The notes under the pieces were generated by a model. The model saw only the letters and a program-made list of their open reading frames with translations, had not been told where the DNA came from and made no database searches. A stretch of 48,933 nucleotides of DNA, taken from assembly GCA_004559845.1 (NCBI GenBank), contig SFWW01000003.1, positions 1 to 48,933 of the forward strand, given 5' to 3'. The stretch comes from a bacterium. GTDB taxonomy: Bacteria > Bacteroidota > Bacteroidia > Bacteroidales > Muribaculaceae. Of this stretch, positions 27,991-37,479 are shown piece after piece. A program made the translations under genes and the position numbers. The stretch's first letter is position 1; every line of letters starts with the position of its first letter.

Positions 27991-30123
27991 TTACTGCTGC
28001 ACGCCCTTCATAGAGAGGGCGATACGCTTACGATCAAGTTCCACCTCTATCACACGCACGCGCACATGTTGCCCGATGCGCACCACCTGTGAAGGGTCGG
28101 TCACTCTGCGGTCGGCAAGGTTGGAGATATGCACCAAGCCATTTTCGTGGATGCCAATATCCACAAATGCGCCGAATTTGGTGATGTTGGTCACCTTGCC
28201 ATTCAGTTCCATTCCTTTCTGCAAATCTTTGATATCGGTCACCGAATCGTCGAATTCCATCACTTCGATTTCGCTTCTGGGGTCGCGTCCGGGCTTATTC
28301 AATTCGCTCATGATATCTGCCAGGGTGGGGATTCCCACTTGCTCGCTCACGTAGTCTTTGATATTAATGGCGGCGCGCTTTTGTTTGTCGGCTATCAAAT
28401 CAGCCACCGTGCACCCGCAATTGGCAGCCATGCTTTGCACAAGGGCATAACTTTCGGGGTGAACGGCGGAATTGTCGAGCGGGTTATCGCTCTCGGGCAC
28501 ACGCAAAAATCCGGCTGCCTGAGTGAATGTTTTTTTGCCCATTTTCGGCACCTTCAGAATGTCGGCACGCGAGTGGAAAGCACCATTTTCAGCGCGATAA
28601 GCCACTATGCGCTCTGCCAATGCCGGACCGAGGCCTGCCACGTAAGTGAGCAATTCTTTGCTCGCTGTGTTGATATTCACGCCCACACTGTTCACACAAC
28701 TTTCCACCGTGAAGGTGAGTGCATCTTTCAGTTTGCTTTGGTCCACATCGTGCTGATACTGCCCTACCCCGATGGATTTCGGGTCGATTTTCACGAGTTC
28801 GGCAAGCGGGTCGAGCAAGCGGCGACCAATCGACACGGCGCCACGCACCGTCACGTCGTGGTTGGGAAATTCGTCGCGCGCCACTTTTGAGGCGGAGTAG
28901 ATGCTGGCGCCATTTTCGCTCACCACATACACGTCCACTTTGCGGCTATGCTTTAAGCGCTTGAGGAAGCGCTCGGTTTCGCGGCTGGCGGTGCCGTTGC
29001 CTAAGGCGATGGCATCGATGGCATATTTTTCCACCAATTGCTTCACGGTGTGCGATGCGCCTTCCACATCGTAGTGCGGTGCGGTGGGATAAATCACATC
29101 GTGATGGAGCAAATTTCCGTTTTCGTCGAGGCACACCACTTTGCAGCCCGTCCTGAATCCGGGGTCCACTGCCAGAATGCGCTTGTGTCCCAAGGGCGGT
29201 GCAAAGAGCAGTTGGCGTGCATTTTGGGCAAACATTTCAATGGCTTCGTGGTCGGCTTTTTCTTTTGAAACGGCAGCAAATTCGGTTTCAATGGAGGGTT
29301 TTATTAAGCGCTTGTAGCTATCCACTGCGGCTTCTTCCACCAATTCCGACGAGGTGCCTTTGCCTCGCACCACTATGCGGCAAATGTTGTCGATGGTGCG
29401 GTCGTCGTTCACACTGATGCTCACCTTCAAAAAGCCTTCCTTTTCGCCGCGTCGGATGGCGAGCAATTGGTGCGACGACACACGGCGCAGGGGCTGGCTG
29501 TATTCGTAATAATTTTCGTAGTTGCGTCCCTCAATTTCTTTTCCTTTCACGAAGTGGGAATTGAGCACGGCTTCGTGGCGAAAGGCTCGGCGCACGCAAT
29601 TGCGCACGGCTTCATTTTCCGAAATCCATTCTGCCACAATATCTTGAGCGCCGGCGATGGCGGCATCGGCATCGGTCACGGCATCGGTAATGAAGCGGCG
29701 GGCTCGATTGTGGATATCATCGTAGCGCTGGCTCATCAGCATTTTTGCCAAAGGTTCGAGTCCCTTTTCTCGTGCCACTTCGGCGCGAGTGCGGCGTTTG
29801 GGTTTATAGGGCAGATAGATATCTTCCAGGGTGTTGGCATCCCAGCAATTGAGGATGCGTGCCGAGAGTTCTTCGGTGAGTTTGTCTTGCGCTTCTATGC
29901 TTTTGATGATGGTGGATTTGCGCTTTTCAAGCTCTCTGTAGTAGTTGAGCTTTGTATCCACCCACTGCACGGCGAGCTCATCCAATCCGCCGGTTGCTTC
30001 TTTGCGATAGCGGCTAATGAATGGTATGCTATTATCGTCGCGGAGCAAATTCACCGTTCCCTCCACTTGATGAAGGGGGATATTGAGTTCTTGCGAAATG
30101 AGTTGGGATATTTTGTCTGCCAT
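27991..30123 (-). CDS. tex: Tex-family RNA-binding transcriptional accessory protein
   Basis: IPFISRYRKEATG, DPGFRTGCK, ELVKIDPKSIGVGQYQHDV, C-terminal S1 domain. Confidence 0.96.
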   Translation of the reverse strand: MADKISQLISQELNIPLHQVEGTVNLLRDDNSIPFISRYRKEATGGLDELAVQWVDTKLNYYRELEKRKSTIIKSIEAQDKLTEELSARILNCWDANTLEDIYLPYKPKRRTRAEVAREKGLEPLAKMLMSQRYDDIHNRARRFITDAVTDADAAIAGAQDIVAEWISENEAVRNCVRRAFRHEAVLNSHFVKGKEIEGRNYENYYEYSQPLRRVSSHQLLAIRRGEKEGFLKVSISVNDDRTIDNICRIVVRGKGTSSELVEEAAVDSYKRLIKPSIETEFAAVSKEKADHEAIEMFAQNARQLLFAPPLGHKRILAVDPGFRTGCKVVCLDENGNLLHHDVIYPTAPHYDVEGASHTVKQLVEKYAIDAIALGNGTASRETERFLKRLKHSRKVDVYVVSENGASIYSASKVARDEFPNHDVTVRGAVSIGRRLLDPLAELVKIDPKSIGVGQYQHDVDQSKLKDALTFTVESCVNSVGVNINTASKELLTYVAGLGPALAERIVAYRAENGAFHSRADILKVPKMGKKTFTQAAGFLRVPESDNPLDNSAVHPESYALVQSMAANCGCTVADLIADKQKRAAINIKDYVSEQVGIPTLADIMSELNKPGRDPRSEIEVMEFDDSVTDIKDLQKGMELNGKVTNITKFGAFVDIGIHENGLVHISNLADRRVTDPSQVVRIGQHVRVRVIEVELDRKRIALSMKGVQQ

Positions 30124-30145
30124 AGCCTAATGGATATTGGAGGGG

Positions 30146-31336
30146 TTAATGATTGGATTTCTTGAGGGTGATTACGGTGATTTCGGGCTTCACTCCTATG
30201 CGCATCAGCATGCCCACTTCACCTATGCCGGTGTTCACATACAGCGATTCATCGCCTTTTCGATAATAGCCGCCCCAGTAGGAATGGATGAAGCGTGCCG
30301 GCGAAATGGTGTGACCGAAAAGGGTGATGGCGGCTTGCATGGCGTGGGTATGGCCCGAAAGAGTGAGGTCTACGTGCGCTGAGTCGGTGTAATTGTCCCA
30401 CACGTAGGGCACATGCTGGAGCAGGATTTTGTAGATGTGGGGGTTTTGAATTTGGGGATACACTCGCCGCAAATTTTGCGGAATTTTCCAATGTGGGGGT
30501 AGGAAATTGCGCAAGCCCACCACCACAATGCTGTCGGATTGGCGTCGAATAGCAAAGGCGGAATCATGGCACACGGTAAAGCCCATGCTGCGCTGTAGAC
30601 TGATCAGGCGGAGCGAATCGCTTTGCCATTGCTGAGCACACGCCCAGGGATAGTATTCTTTATAGTCGTGATTGCCTTGAATCGCTACCATACCGTCGGG
30701 AGCGTGCAAGCGCGAAAATGGCTTTACAAAGGGCGCTGCTTCGGCGGCGTGGCGGTTCACCATATCGCCTGTGAAGCAAATTAAATCGGGATGCTGCGCA
30801 TTGATGCTGTCCACATATTCGCTCACGAAGGTGGTGTCGGTGCCATACGTGCCCACATGGGCGTCGCTAAATTGCACTATGCGGTAGCCGTCGAAGGCGG
30901 CGGGCAGATGGGGGCTGCTGATGGTGATGTGCTTCACTTCTATGGTGTAGGGCGTAACGAAGGCGGCGTATGCCACCATCGCCACCAATGCCACAAAAGC
31001 GATGCCCGCTATGCTTCTCGCCACGCGCTTTGCCCGCGCCGATACGCACCGCAAATAGGTGATGCTGTAGATGAGGAATGCCACCATTTTCGGCCCTTGA
31101 ATGCCGTAAAACACCAAAAACAGGTACATGGACAGGCGGAATAGGCTGTCGGAGGGGTGGCGCACAAAAGCAATGGCAAATGCGAGTGGCACATAGAGCA
31201 GAGCAGAAAGCACGGCATAGACGGGAGCCACCCACCGGGGCAGCCCCTTTTTATGCTTTAATTTCCGATACACCACTATATCAATTGCCAAATGAATGAT
31301 GAGGGCAATCAATAAGGGAATCCAATGTAGGTTCAT
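30146..31336 (-). CDS. Membrane-anchored calcineurin-like metallophosphoesterase (YkuE-like)
   Basis: Four N-terminal TMs; SDAH, GDMVN, GNHD, SGHTH. Confidence 0.9.
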   Translation of the reverse strand: MNLHWIPLLIALIIHLAIDIVVYRKLKHKKGLPRWVAPVYAVLSALLYVPLAFAIAFVRHPSDSLFRLSMYLFLVFYGIQGPKMVAFLIYSITYLRCVSARAKRVARSIAGIAFVALVAMVAYAAFVTPYTIEVKHITISSPHLPAAFDGYRIVQFSDAHVGTYGTDTTFVSEYVDSINAQHPDLICFTGDMVNRHAAEAAPFVKPFSRLHAPDGMVAIQGNHDYKEYYPWACAQQWQSDSLRLISLQRSMGFTVCHDSAFAIRRQSDSIVVVGLRNFLPPHWKIPQNLRRVYPQIQNPHIYKILLQHVPYVWDNYTDSAHVDLTLSGHTHAMQAAITLFGHTISPARFIHSYWGGYYRKGDESLYVNTGIGEVGMLMRIGVKPEITVITLKKSNH

Positions 31337-31370
31337 GCGCTGCTATGTATGGCTTTCTGCTACAGGTAAC

Positions 31371-32561
31371 TTACTTGAGTGCTTCGAGTTGATTGGTGAG
31401 CGGATTGGAATACATTTCAAGCATGCACTTATACATAAAGTTGCGGTCGAGTTCGTTGTAGGGCACCTTCACTTTTGCAATTTGTCCGTCGAGATATGCC
31501 TTGAAGGCTTCACATTCTTCGGGGGTGTATTTGTCGGCAAAATCTTTGTTGTCGAAGAGGATATCGTGAGCGATGTAGTTGGTTTTGAAAATCTTATAAT
31601 TGGAATGGATTTCGTGGTCGATAATGGCGCACACACGGCGAATCATCAGCAACTTGTCGAGGTCGGCAGGGATGCTGTTGAGCTTTTCGTTGATGCAGGG
31701 CACAAACGAGTAATGTATCTTTCCCTTGTAGCCCATGATGCCGGTTTGCATACTCACCAAATCGTCTTCTTGGCTCTTCTTGAAGTTGGGGTCTTTGCTC
31801 TTGAGGAGGAATTCGGTGGCTTTCAGATAGTCGTTGGGATCGTATTCATAGCTAATGGCAATGGGGGCGATGTTGAGTTCTTTGAGGCTTTCAAGCATCG
31901 ACACGTCGCGGTTGCCGTAGGTGAGCATTTTCAGGAGGCTTTCTTGCGTGCGGTCGTTGCTATCTTTGCAGCGACCTTCGCGCTGTGCAAGCCACACCGA
32001 GGAATGCTTTTCTTTGATGGCAAAATGAATGTAGCGCGAGAGCTGGATGGCGGCGGCAAGGGTTTGTAAGCGTCCCAAATTGCGCTTCACGATAAAGCTC
32101 TTATTCAGGCGTACCAATTTGGTAATCCACTCAAAGATGAGCAAATTGTTGCCGATGGCTATTTCCACAGTGTCTAAACCTTGGCTGGCTAACAAATAGC
32201 TGAGCTGTGCAGAGTCGAGCACGATGTCGCGGTGATTGGTGATGTGCAGATAGGGGGTGTCGGCATCCAAATTTTCCATTCCGCTGTGGGTGAGCCCGTC
32301 GCTGGTTTTGGCAAGGATGCCTGCCACTAAGGGCGCCATCACTTTTTGCTGAAATTCCAGTTTGGAATTGAGCGAGAGGAGAAGGGCGCGAACGTCGGAA
32401 AACTTGTCGTCGGGCATCACAAATTTCACCACTTGTTGAAACATTGGTTTTTCTACCAAAATCGACATTTCATTATGAAAGTCCTTATCGGAGATGGGAC
32501 AAATATCGGCAAACTCCGCGGGGATTACAAGATTCTCTTTTTCCATATTGATGATGTTCAT
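31371..32561 (-). CDS. Glycerolipid acyltransferase (PlsC-like superfamily); start may be the second Met at 32546
   Basis: NHRDIVLD (HxxxxD), WLAQREGR.KD, ISYEYDP. Confidence 0.87.
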   Translation of the reverse strand: MNIINMEKENLVIPAEFADICPISDKDFHNEMSILVEKPMFQQVVKFVMPDDKFSDVRALLLSLNSKLEFQQKVMAPLVAGILAKTSDGLTHSGMENLDADTPYLHITNHRDIVLDSAQLSYLLASQGLDTVEIAIGNNLLIFEWITKLVRLNKSFIVKRNLGRLQTLAAAIQLSRYIHFAIKEKHSSVWLAQREGRCKDSNDRTQESLLKMLTYGNRDVSMLESLKELNIAPIAISYEYDPNDYLKATEFLLKSKDPNFKKSQEDDLVSMQTGIMGYKGKIHYSFVPCINEKLNSIPADLDKLLMIRRVCAIIDHEIHSNYKIFKTNYIAHDILFDNKDFADKYTPEECEAFKAYLDGQIAKVKVPYNELDRNFMYKCMLEMYSNPLTNQLEALK

Positions 32562-32579
32562 GAATGATTTTTAATCCCC

Positions 32580-32610
32580 CAAATTTAAAAATAAAAATCC
32601 ATCTTGCAAA
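32580..32610 (-). promoter_or_regulatory. Promoter for the acyltransferase-metallophosphoesterase-tex unit
   Basis: Minus strand TTTG (32610-32607), 19-nt spacer, TAAATTTG (32587-32580). Confidence 0.65.
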
Positions 32611-32819
32611 ACCTTTAAAATATTTTAAGCATTAAATCGAAAATTAATACATTTTTTATTATGCCAAACACGGCTCTTTCATTCAAATTCTGCTGAGAGC
32701 CATCCACACACGATTCCGACACAATTATTTTTCGGCGCAGACGGTTTATTCTTCCTTACAATTCATAAGCGGTTGCAAAAAAAGATGCGAAGATGGTGCG
32801 ATATTTGAAATAAAATGCC

Positions 32820-32827
32820 TAACTTTG
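32820..32827 (+). promoter_or_regulatory. -7 promoter element for lplA-gcv operon
   Basis: TAACTTTG 69 bp upstream of lplA. Confidence 0.5.
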
Positions 32828-32895
32828 AAAATGCTTTTACTTGCATAACCACCTTTCGTTAAAAAACATCTTGAAACTACGATATATACTATACA

Positions 32896-33876
32896 GTGAA
32901 GTACTTACAGCTCCCTATATCCGAAACTCGCATTTTGCCTTTTTATTTGGCGATGGAAGAGTATGCGGCGCGCATAATTGACGATGACGACATCTTTTTT
33001 ATGTGGCAAGTGAGCCCTACGGTGATTTTCGGTCGTAACCAATTGATTGAAAATGAAGTAAACATTCCCTATTGCCGGGAGCATGGCATTGCCACCTATC
33101 GGCGAAAGAGCGGTGGCGGTTGTGTGTTTGCCGATATGAGCAACATTATGATGAGCTATATCACGCGCAGCGATAATGTGGAGTTCACCTATCGGCGCTA
33201 CACGCATGCCGTGGTGGATGTGCTTCGAAAATTAGGACTGAATGCCTCCGACAATGGACGCAACGATATTTTGATTGACGGTCTGAAGGTGAGCGGCAAT
33301 GCTTTCTACCACCTGCCGGGGCGCAGCATCGTGCATGGCACTATGCTTTTCGACACCGACATGGCGCACATGCAGGGCGCTATCACGCCCTCGCCGGAGA
33401 AATTGGCTTCGAAGGGGGTGAAGAGCGTGAAGAGCCGTATCACCACCCTGAGCGAACACTTGGCGGGAAAAATGGATATTGAGCAATTTAAGGCTTTTGT
33501 GAAGCAAGAACTTTGCGATGGCGAAATCTTGCTCTCTGATGCCGACATCAAAGAAATTGAAGCCATTACGCAAACCTATCTCACGCCCGAATTTATTTAT
33601 GGCAATAATCCTCGATGCTCGAAGGTGATTCGCAAGCGTATTGAGGGGGTGGGCGAATTTCAAATCAGCATTTCGCTGGACCATAATGTGATTAAAGATT
33701 TAAACATTGCGGGCGACTTTTTCTTGGTGGGCAGCATCGATGAGTGCGTAATCAACGCGCTGAAGGGGGTACCCTACACCGAAGATGCCATTGTCGAAGC
33801 CCTAAAAGGGTTGAATGCCGGCGAGGTGATTGCTAACCTCACTACCGAACAACTTATTCACACAATCATATCTTAA
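32896..33876 (+). CDS. lplA: Lipoate-protein ligase A
   Basis: LAMEEY, GRNQ, RRKSGGG.V, GRNDI..DG.KVSGNA, HGTMLF; GTG start. Confidence 0.92.
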   Translation: MKYLQLPISETRILPFYLAMEEYAARIIDDDDIFFMWQVSPTVIFGRNQLIENEVNIPYCREHGIATYRRKSGGGCVFADMSNIMMSYITRSDNVEFTYRRYTHAVVDVLRKLGLNASDNGRNDILIDGLKVSGNAFYHLPGRSIVHGTMLFDTDMAHMQGAITPSPEKLASKGVKSVKSRITTLSEHLAGKMDIEQFKAFVKQELCDGEILLSDADIKEIEAITQTYLTPEFIYGNNPRCSKVIRKRIEGVGEFQISISLDHNVIKDLNIAGDFFLVGSIDECVINALKGVPYTEDAIVEALKGLNAGEVIANLTTEQLIHTIIS

Positions 33877-33890
33877 AAAAAACAACTATT

Positions 33891-34991
33891 ATGAGCGAAG
33901 AAATGAAACTAACTTGTCTGCACGAAAAGCACGTGGCTTTGGGTGCATTAATGAGTCCGTTTGGCGGTTTCCACATGCCTATCCAGTATAAGGGCATCGT
34001 GGAGGAGCACAATGCCGTACGCCAAAATGTGGGCGTGTTCGACGTTTCGCACATGGGCGAAGTAGACATCACGGGTGCCGAAGCCGAGAAATTCGTGAAT
34101 TATATCTTCACCAACGACATCACCGATGCGCCTGTGGGTAAAATCTACTACGGGATGATGCTCTACGAAAACGGTGGCACCGTCGACGATTTGCTGGTGT
34201 ACAAAATGGGCGACAACCATTTCTTCTTGGTGATTAATGCTGCCAACATCGACAAGGATGTGGCGTGGATTGAAGAGCACGCTAAGAATTTCGACGTGAA
34301 GGTGGACCACCAAAGCGATATCTACGGTCAGCTCGCTGTGCAAGGGCCGGATAGCGAAAACGTGCTGAAGAAGGTGCTTGGCATTGATGCCTCCAATTTG
34401 GTGTTCTACACCTTTGAAACATTCTCCTACGATGGCGAAACCATTATCGTGAGCCGCACCGGCTACACCGGAGAAGATGGATTTGAAATCTATGCCGGCC
34501 ACGCTGCTATTAATAAGATGTGGGATTTACTCATTGACGCCGGGGTGCAACCCTGCGGATTGGGCTGCCGCGACACGCTTCGCTTTGAAGTGGGATTGCC
34601 GCTCTATGGCGATGAACTGAGTGCGGAAATTTCGCCGATTGAAGCCACGCTCGGTATGTTTGTGAAACTCGACAAACCGGGCGGGTTCATTGGCCAAGAG
34701 GCTTGCGCTAAGCAGAAGGCGGAAGGGAGCCCGAAGAAGTTGGTGGGTCTTGAACTCCACGACAAAGCCATTGCACGCCACGGCTATGAGGTGCTGAAAG
34801 ACGACAAGGTGGTGGGCTACATCACTACCGGCTATCGCGGCATTTCGGTGGAAGGAAAGAGTTTGGCTTTTGCTTTGGTGGACCGCGCCGTGGGCAATTT
34901 GGGCGACGAACTGTGCGTAAAAATCCGCAAAAAGGTGTTCCCTGCCACCATCGTGAAAAAGAAATTCTACAAAAAATCGTATAAAAAATAA
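33891..34991 (+). CDS. gcvT: Glycine cleavage T protein (aminomethyltransferase)
   Basis: FDVSHMGE, SRTGYTGEDGFE, GLGCRDTLRFE. Confidence 0.96.
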   Translation: MSEEMKLTCLHEKHVALGALMSPFGGFHMPIQYKGIVEEHNAVRQNVGVFDVSHMGEVDITGAEAEKFVNYIFTNDITDAPVGKIYYGMMLYENGGTVDDLLVYKMGDNHFFLVINAANIDKDVAWIEEHAKNFDVKVDHQSDIYGQLAVQGPDSENVLKKVLGIDASNLVFYTFETFSYDGETIIVSRTGYTGEDGFEIYAGHAAINKMWDLLIDAGVQPCGLGCRDTLRFEVGLPLYGDELSAEISPIEATLGMFVKLDKPGGFIGQEACAKQKAEGSPKKLVGLELHDKAIARHGYEVLKDDKVVGYITTGYRGISVEGKSLAFALVDRAVGNLGDELCVKIRKKVFPATIVKKKFYKKSYKK

Positions 34992-34995
34992 TTGG

Positions 34996-35069
34996 AGCCG
35001 TTAGCCGTTAGCCGTTAGCTTTCGTTTGCTATTTTGGGCTATTAGGTTTTTAGCCATTTGGGCTTTTGG
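34996..35069 (-). repeat. Heptamer array (AGCCGTT x3 then degenerate), left flank of four-helix-bundle gene
   Basis: AGCCGTT-AGCCGTT-AGCCGTT-AGCTTTC...; reverse complement of the right-flank unit. Confidence 0.85.
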
Positions 35070-35109
35070 AGATTGAGAAATATATTGTAAAATTTGATAA
35101 AAATCTATT

Positions 35110-35469
35110 ATGCGAAATTTTCGAAATTTGGAGATTTGGAAACGAGGCATGAACATTTCCAAGGAAATATACCTCATTACACAAAATTTTCCAAAGGAAG
35201 AAAAATTTGGTCTCCAATCCCAAATTCGTCGTGCAGTCACATCAATTCCTATCAACATAGCTGAAGGATGTGGAAGAATCAGTGCTACCGATTTTGCAAA
35301 TTTCCTACGATATTCAGAAGGTTCGGCTTGCGAAGTGGAAACGGAACTTCTATTAGCAGCGAGCCTTGGATATCTTAGCCAAGAAAGTGCAGAAGCTCTT
35401 ATCTCTGAACTGCAAGAAATCCAAAAGATGCTAAGTGCATATCGGCTTAAGCTAAAAGAAGGTGAATAA
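35110..35469 (+). CDS. Four-helix-bundle protein (23S rRNA IVP / TIGR02436-like, Avd-like fold)
   Basis: FRNLEIW, FPKEEKFGLQSQIRRAVTSIPINIAEG.GR, FL.YSEGS.CEVET; AT-rich. Confidence 0.93.
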   Translation: MRNFRNLEIWKRGMNISKEIYLITQNFPKEEKFGLQSQIRRAVTSIPINIAEGCGRISATDFANFLRYSEGSACEVETELLLAASLGYLSQESAEALISELQEIQKMLSAYRLKLKEGE

Positions 35470-35539
35470 TCAAAGAATTGAATCAAAAAAAAATTAAATA
35501 TTGTATTAACATTGCCGATAGACGTTAGAGTTATCCAAT

Positions 35540-35640
35540 GCTAAAAGCTAAAGACCAAAAGCTAAAGGCTAAAGGCTAAAAGCTAAAGGCTAAAGGCTAA
35601 AAGCTAAAGGCTAAAGGCTAAAAGCTAACGGCTAACGGCT
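35540..35640 (+). repeat. Heptamer tandem array GCTAA(A/C)(A/G), 14 units, right flank
   Basis: Includes (GCTAAAG GCTAAAG GCTAAAA)x3 then GCTAACG x2. Confidence 0.95.
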
Positions 35641-35654
35641 TAATAAGAAACGAC

Positions 35655-36035
35655 ATGAGTAAAATTATTGAAGGCTACTATTACAGTGAATCACATGAAT
35701 ATGTGAAAGTGGAAGGAAACGTGGGATATGTGGGTATCACCGACCATGCTCAACACGAATTGGGCAATGTGGTGTATGTGGATATGCCTGAAGTGGACGA
35801 CGAAGTGACTGCCGGCGAAGAATTCGGCGCTGTGGAAAGTGTGAAGGCTGCCAGCGACCTGTTCTCGCCCGTGAGCGGTACCGTGCTGGAAGTGAACGAA
35901 GCACTGGAAGATGAACCCGGATTGGTGAACCAAGACCCCTACGCCAACTGGATTATGAAGGTGGAATTGAGCGATTCCTCTGAACTCGACAATCTGATGG
36001 ACGCTGCCGCCTATAAAGCTCTTATTGGGGAATAA
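35655..36035 (+). CDS. gcvH: Glycine cleavage H protein
   Basis: SHEYV, GITDHAQ.ELG, VESVKAASD lipoyl lysine. Confidence 0.96.
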   Translation: MSKIIEGYYYSESHEYVKVEGNVGYVGITDHAQHELGNVVYVDMPEVDDEVTAGEEFGAVESVKAASDLFSPVSGTVLEVNEALEDEPGLVNQDPYANWIMKVELSDSSELDNLMDAAAYKALIGE

Positions 36036-36068
36036 TTCCACTCCTTTTTAAGCATCATCACACCATTT

Positions 36069-36102
36069 GAGGGTGCCGTTGCTCCATTAGGGAAGCACCC
36101 TC
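36069..36102 (+). other. Intergenic stem-loop between gcvH and gcvPA
   Basis: GAGGGTGC (36069-36076) / GCACCCTC (36095-36102). Confidence 0.5.
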
Positions 36103-36126
36103 TATTATCTTATAAAACATCTTGTT

Positions 36127-37479
36127 ATGAGTTATAAATTTTTTCCTCATACCCCCGATGATATTCGCGCTATGCTCCACACCTGCGGAGAGCAATCAAT
36201 CGACGATTTGTATAAGGATATCCCGGAGGAATTGGTATTGAAAAAAGAATATGGATTGCCTGAAGGATTGAGCGAAATAGAAATTCGAAAGTTCTTCAAC
36301 AATCTTGCCAATGGCAACGAAACGCTGAAGTGCCTTATCGGCGCAGGTTGCTACGACCACTATTCGCCTTCGGTGGTGAACAATATCGTGGGCAGAAGCG
36401 AATTTCTTACCTCCTACACGCCCTACCAAGCCGAAATTTCGCAGGGCACGCTGCAATACATCTTTGAATATCAGAGTATGATGGCAATGCTTACCGGTAT
36501 GGAAGTGTCGAACGCATCGATGTACGATGGCTGCACTGCCACTGCCGAAGCGATGATGATGGCTGTGGCTGCCGCCAAAAAGCGCAATAAGGTGCTCATC
36601 TCTGCCACGGTGAATCCTATCGTGCGTCGCGTGGTGGAAACCTACGCCAAATTCAATGGCGTGGTGCTCGACACCATTGCCGAAACCAATGGCATCACCG
36701 ATAAGGCTGATTTTGAGGCTAAAGTGGCGGCCGACGATGTGGCAGGCGTGATTGTGGCTGCACCTAACTTCTACGGCATTGTGGAAGACTACTCCGAATG
36801 GGCAGACTTCTGCCACGCACACAAGTCGCTCTTGATTATGAACTGCGTGGCTTCCACCCTCGGCGTGCTGAAGAGCCCGGGTGAATGGGGTGCCGACATC
36901 GCCGTGGGCGATGGACAAAGCCTGGGCATACCGATGAATTTCGGTGGCCCGTATGTGGGCTTTTTGTGCACCAATAAAAAACTGATTCGCAAAATGCCGG
37001 GTCGCATTGTGGGCGCTACCACCGACTTGGATGGTAAACGCACTTTCGTGCTCACTTTGCAAGCTCGCGAACAGCATATCCGTCGCGAAAAAGCTACCAG
37101 CAACATTTGCTCCAACGAGAGCCTGATGGCACTCTATGTGACCGTGTATATGGCGCTTATGGGTAAAGAGGGATTGAAAGAGGTGAACGAACTGGGCTAC
37201 AGCGGCTCTCACTATCTGGCAGAAAAACTTTGCGAACTGAAGGGCTTTAGCCTCTCCCATCCCGACCAACCCTTCCTCAATGAATTTGCCATCAATTTCG
37301 ACGGCGATATCGATGAATTGCAAAATGTGCTGCTCGACTATAGCGGTGTGCAATTTGGCTTGAAGATTGCTGAACACACTTTGCTGCTTTGCGTGACCGA
37401 AACCATTAGCAAAGATGACCTCGACGAAGTAATATTAACTTGTAAAGCTTTCACGGAAGGAGACAACAACAATGAATAA
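36127..37479 (+). CDS. gcvPA: Glycine dehydrogenase subunit 1
   Basis: SYTPYQAEISQG.LQ, NASMYDG, REQHIRREKATSNIC. Confidence 0.95.
   Translation: MSYKFFPHTPDDIRAMLHTCGEQSIDDLYKDIPEELVLKKEYGLPEGLSEIEIRKFFNNLANGNETLKCLIGAGCYDHYSPSVVNNIVGRSEFLTSYTPYQAEISQGTLQYIFEYQSMMAMLTGMEVSNASMYDGCTATAEAMMMAVAAAKKRNKVLISATVNPIVRRVVETYAKFNGVVLDTIAETNGITDKADFEAKVAADDVAGVIVAAPNFYGIVEDYSEWADFCHAHKSLLIMNCVASTLGVLKSPGEWGADIAVGDGQSLGIPMNFGGPYVGFLCTNKKLIRKMPGRIVGATTDLDGKRTFVLTLQAREQHIRREKATSNICSNESLMALYVTVYMALMGKEGLKEVNELGYSGSHYLAEKLCELKGFSLSHPDQPFLNEFAINFDGDIDELQNVLLDYSGVQFGLKIAEHTLLLCVTETISKDDLDEVILTCKAFTEGDNNNE

Noticed and set aside
32600..32895. Glycine riboswitch upstream of lplA-gcv
   Set aside because: Could not find the GGAGA...CCGAAG...CTCTCAGG core, and the likely promoter leaves only a ~60-nt leader. 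An Rfam scan would settle it.
35110..35469. Diversity-generating retroelement (Avd-like gene) or rRNA intervening sequence
   Set aside because: No reverse transcriptase, no TR/VR pair and no rRNA sequence seen in the window.
35001..35486. 161-aa minus-strand ORF spanning the four-helix-bundle cassette
   Set aside because: Antisense to a clear gene; its tail just translates the heptamer repeat.
35540..35640. Repeat array as CRISPR
   Set aside because: Contiguous 7-bp units, no unique spacers, no cas genes.
34989..35644. TAAT as target-site duplication of the heptamer-flanked cassette
   Set aside because: Only 4 bp in AT-rich sequence and offset 3 bp from the left repeat; needs an empty allele to judge.
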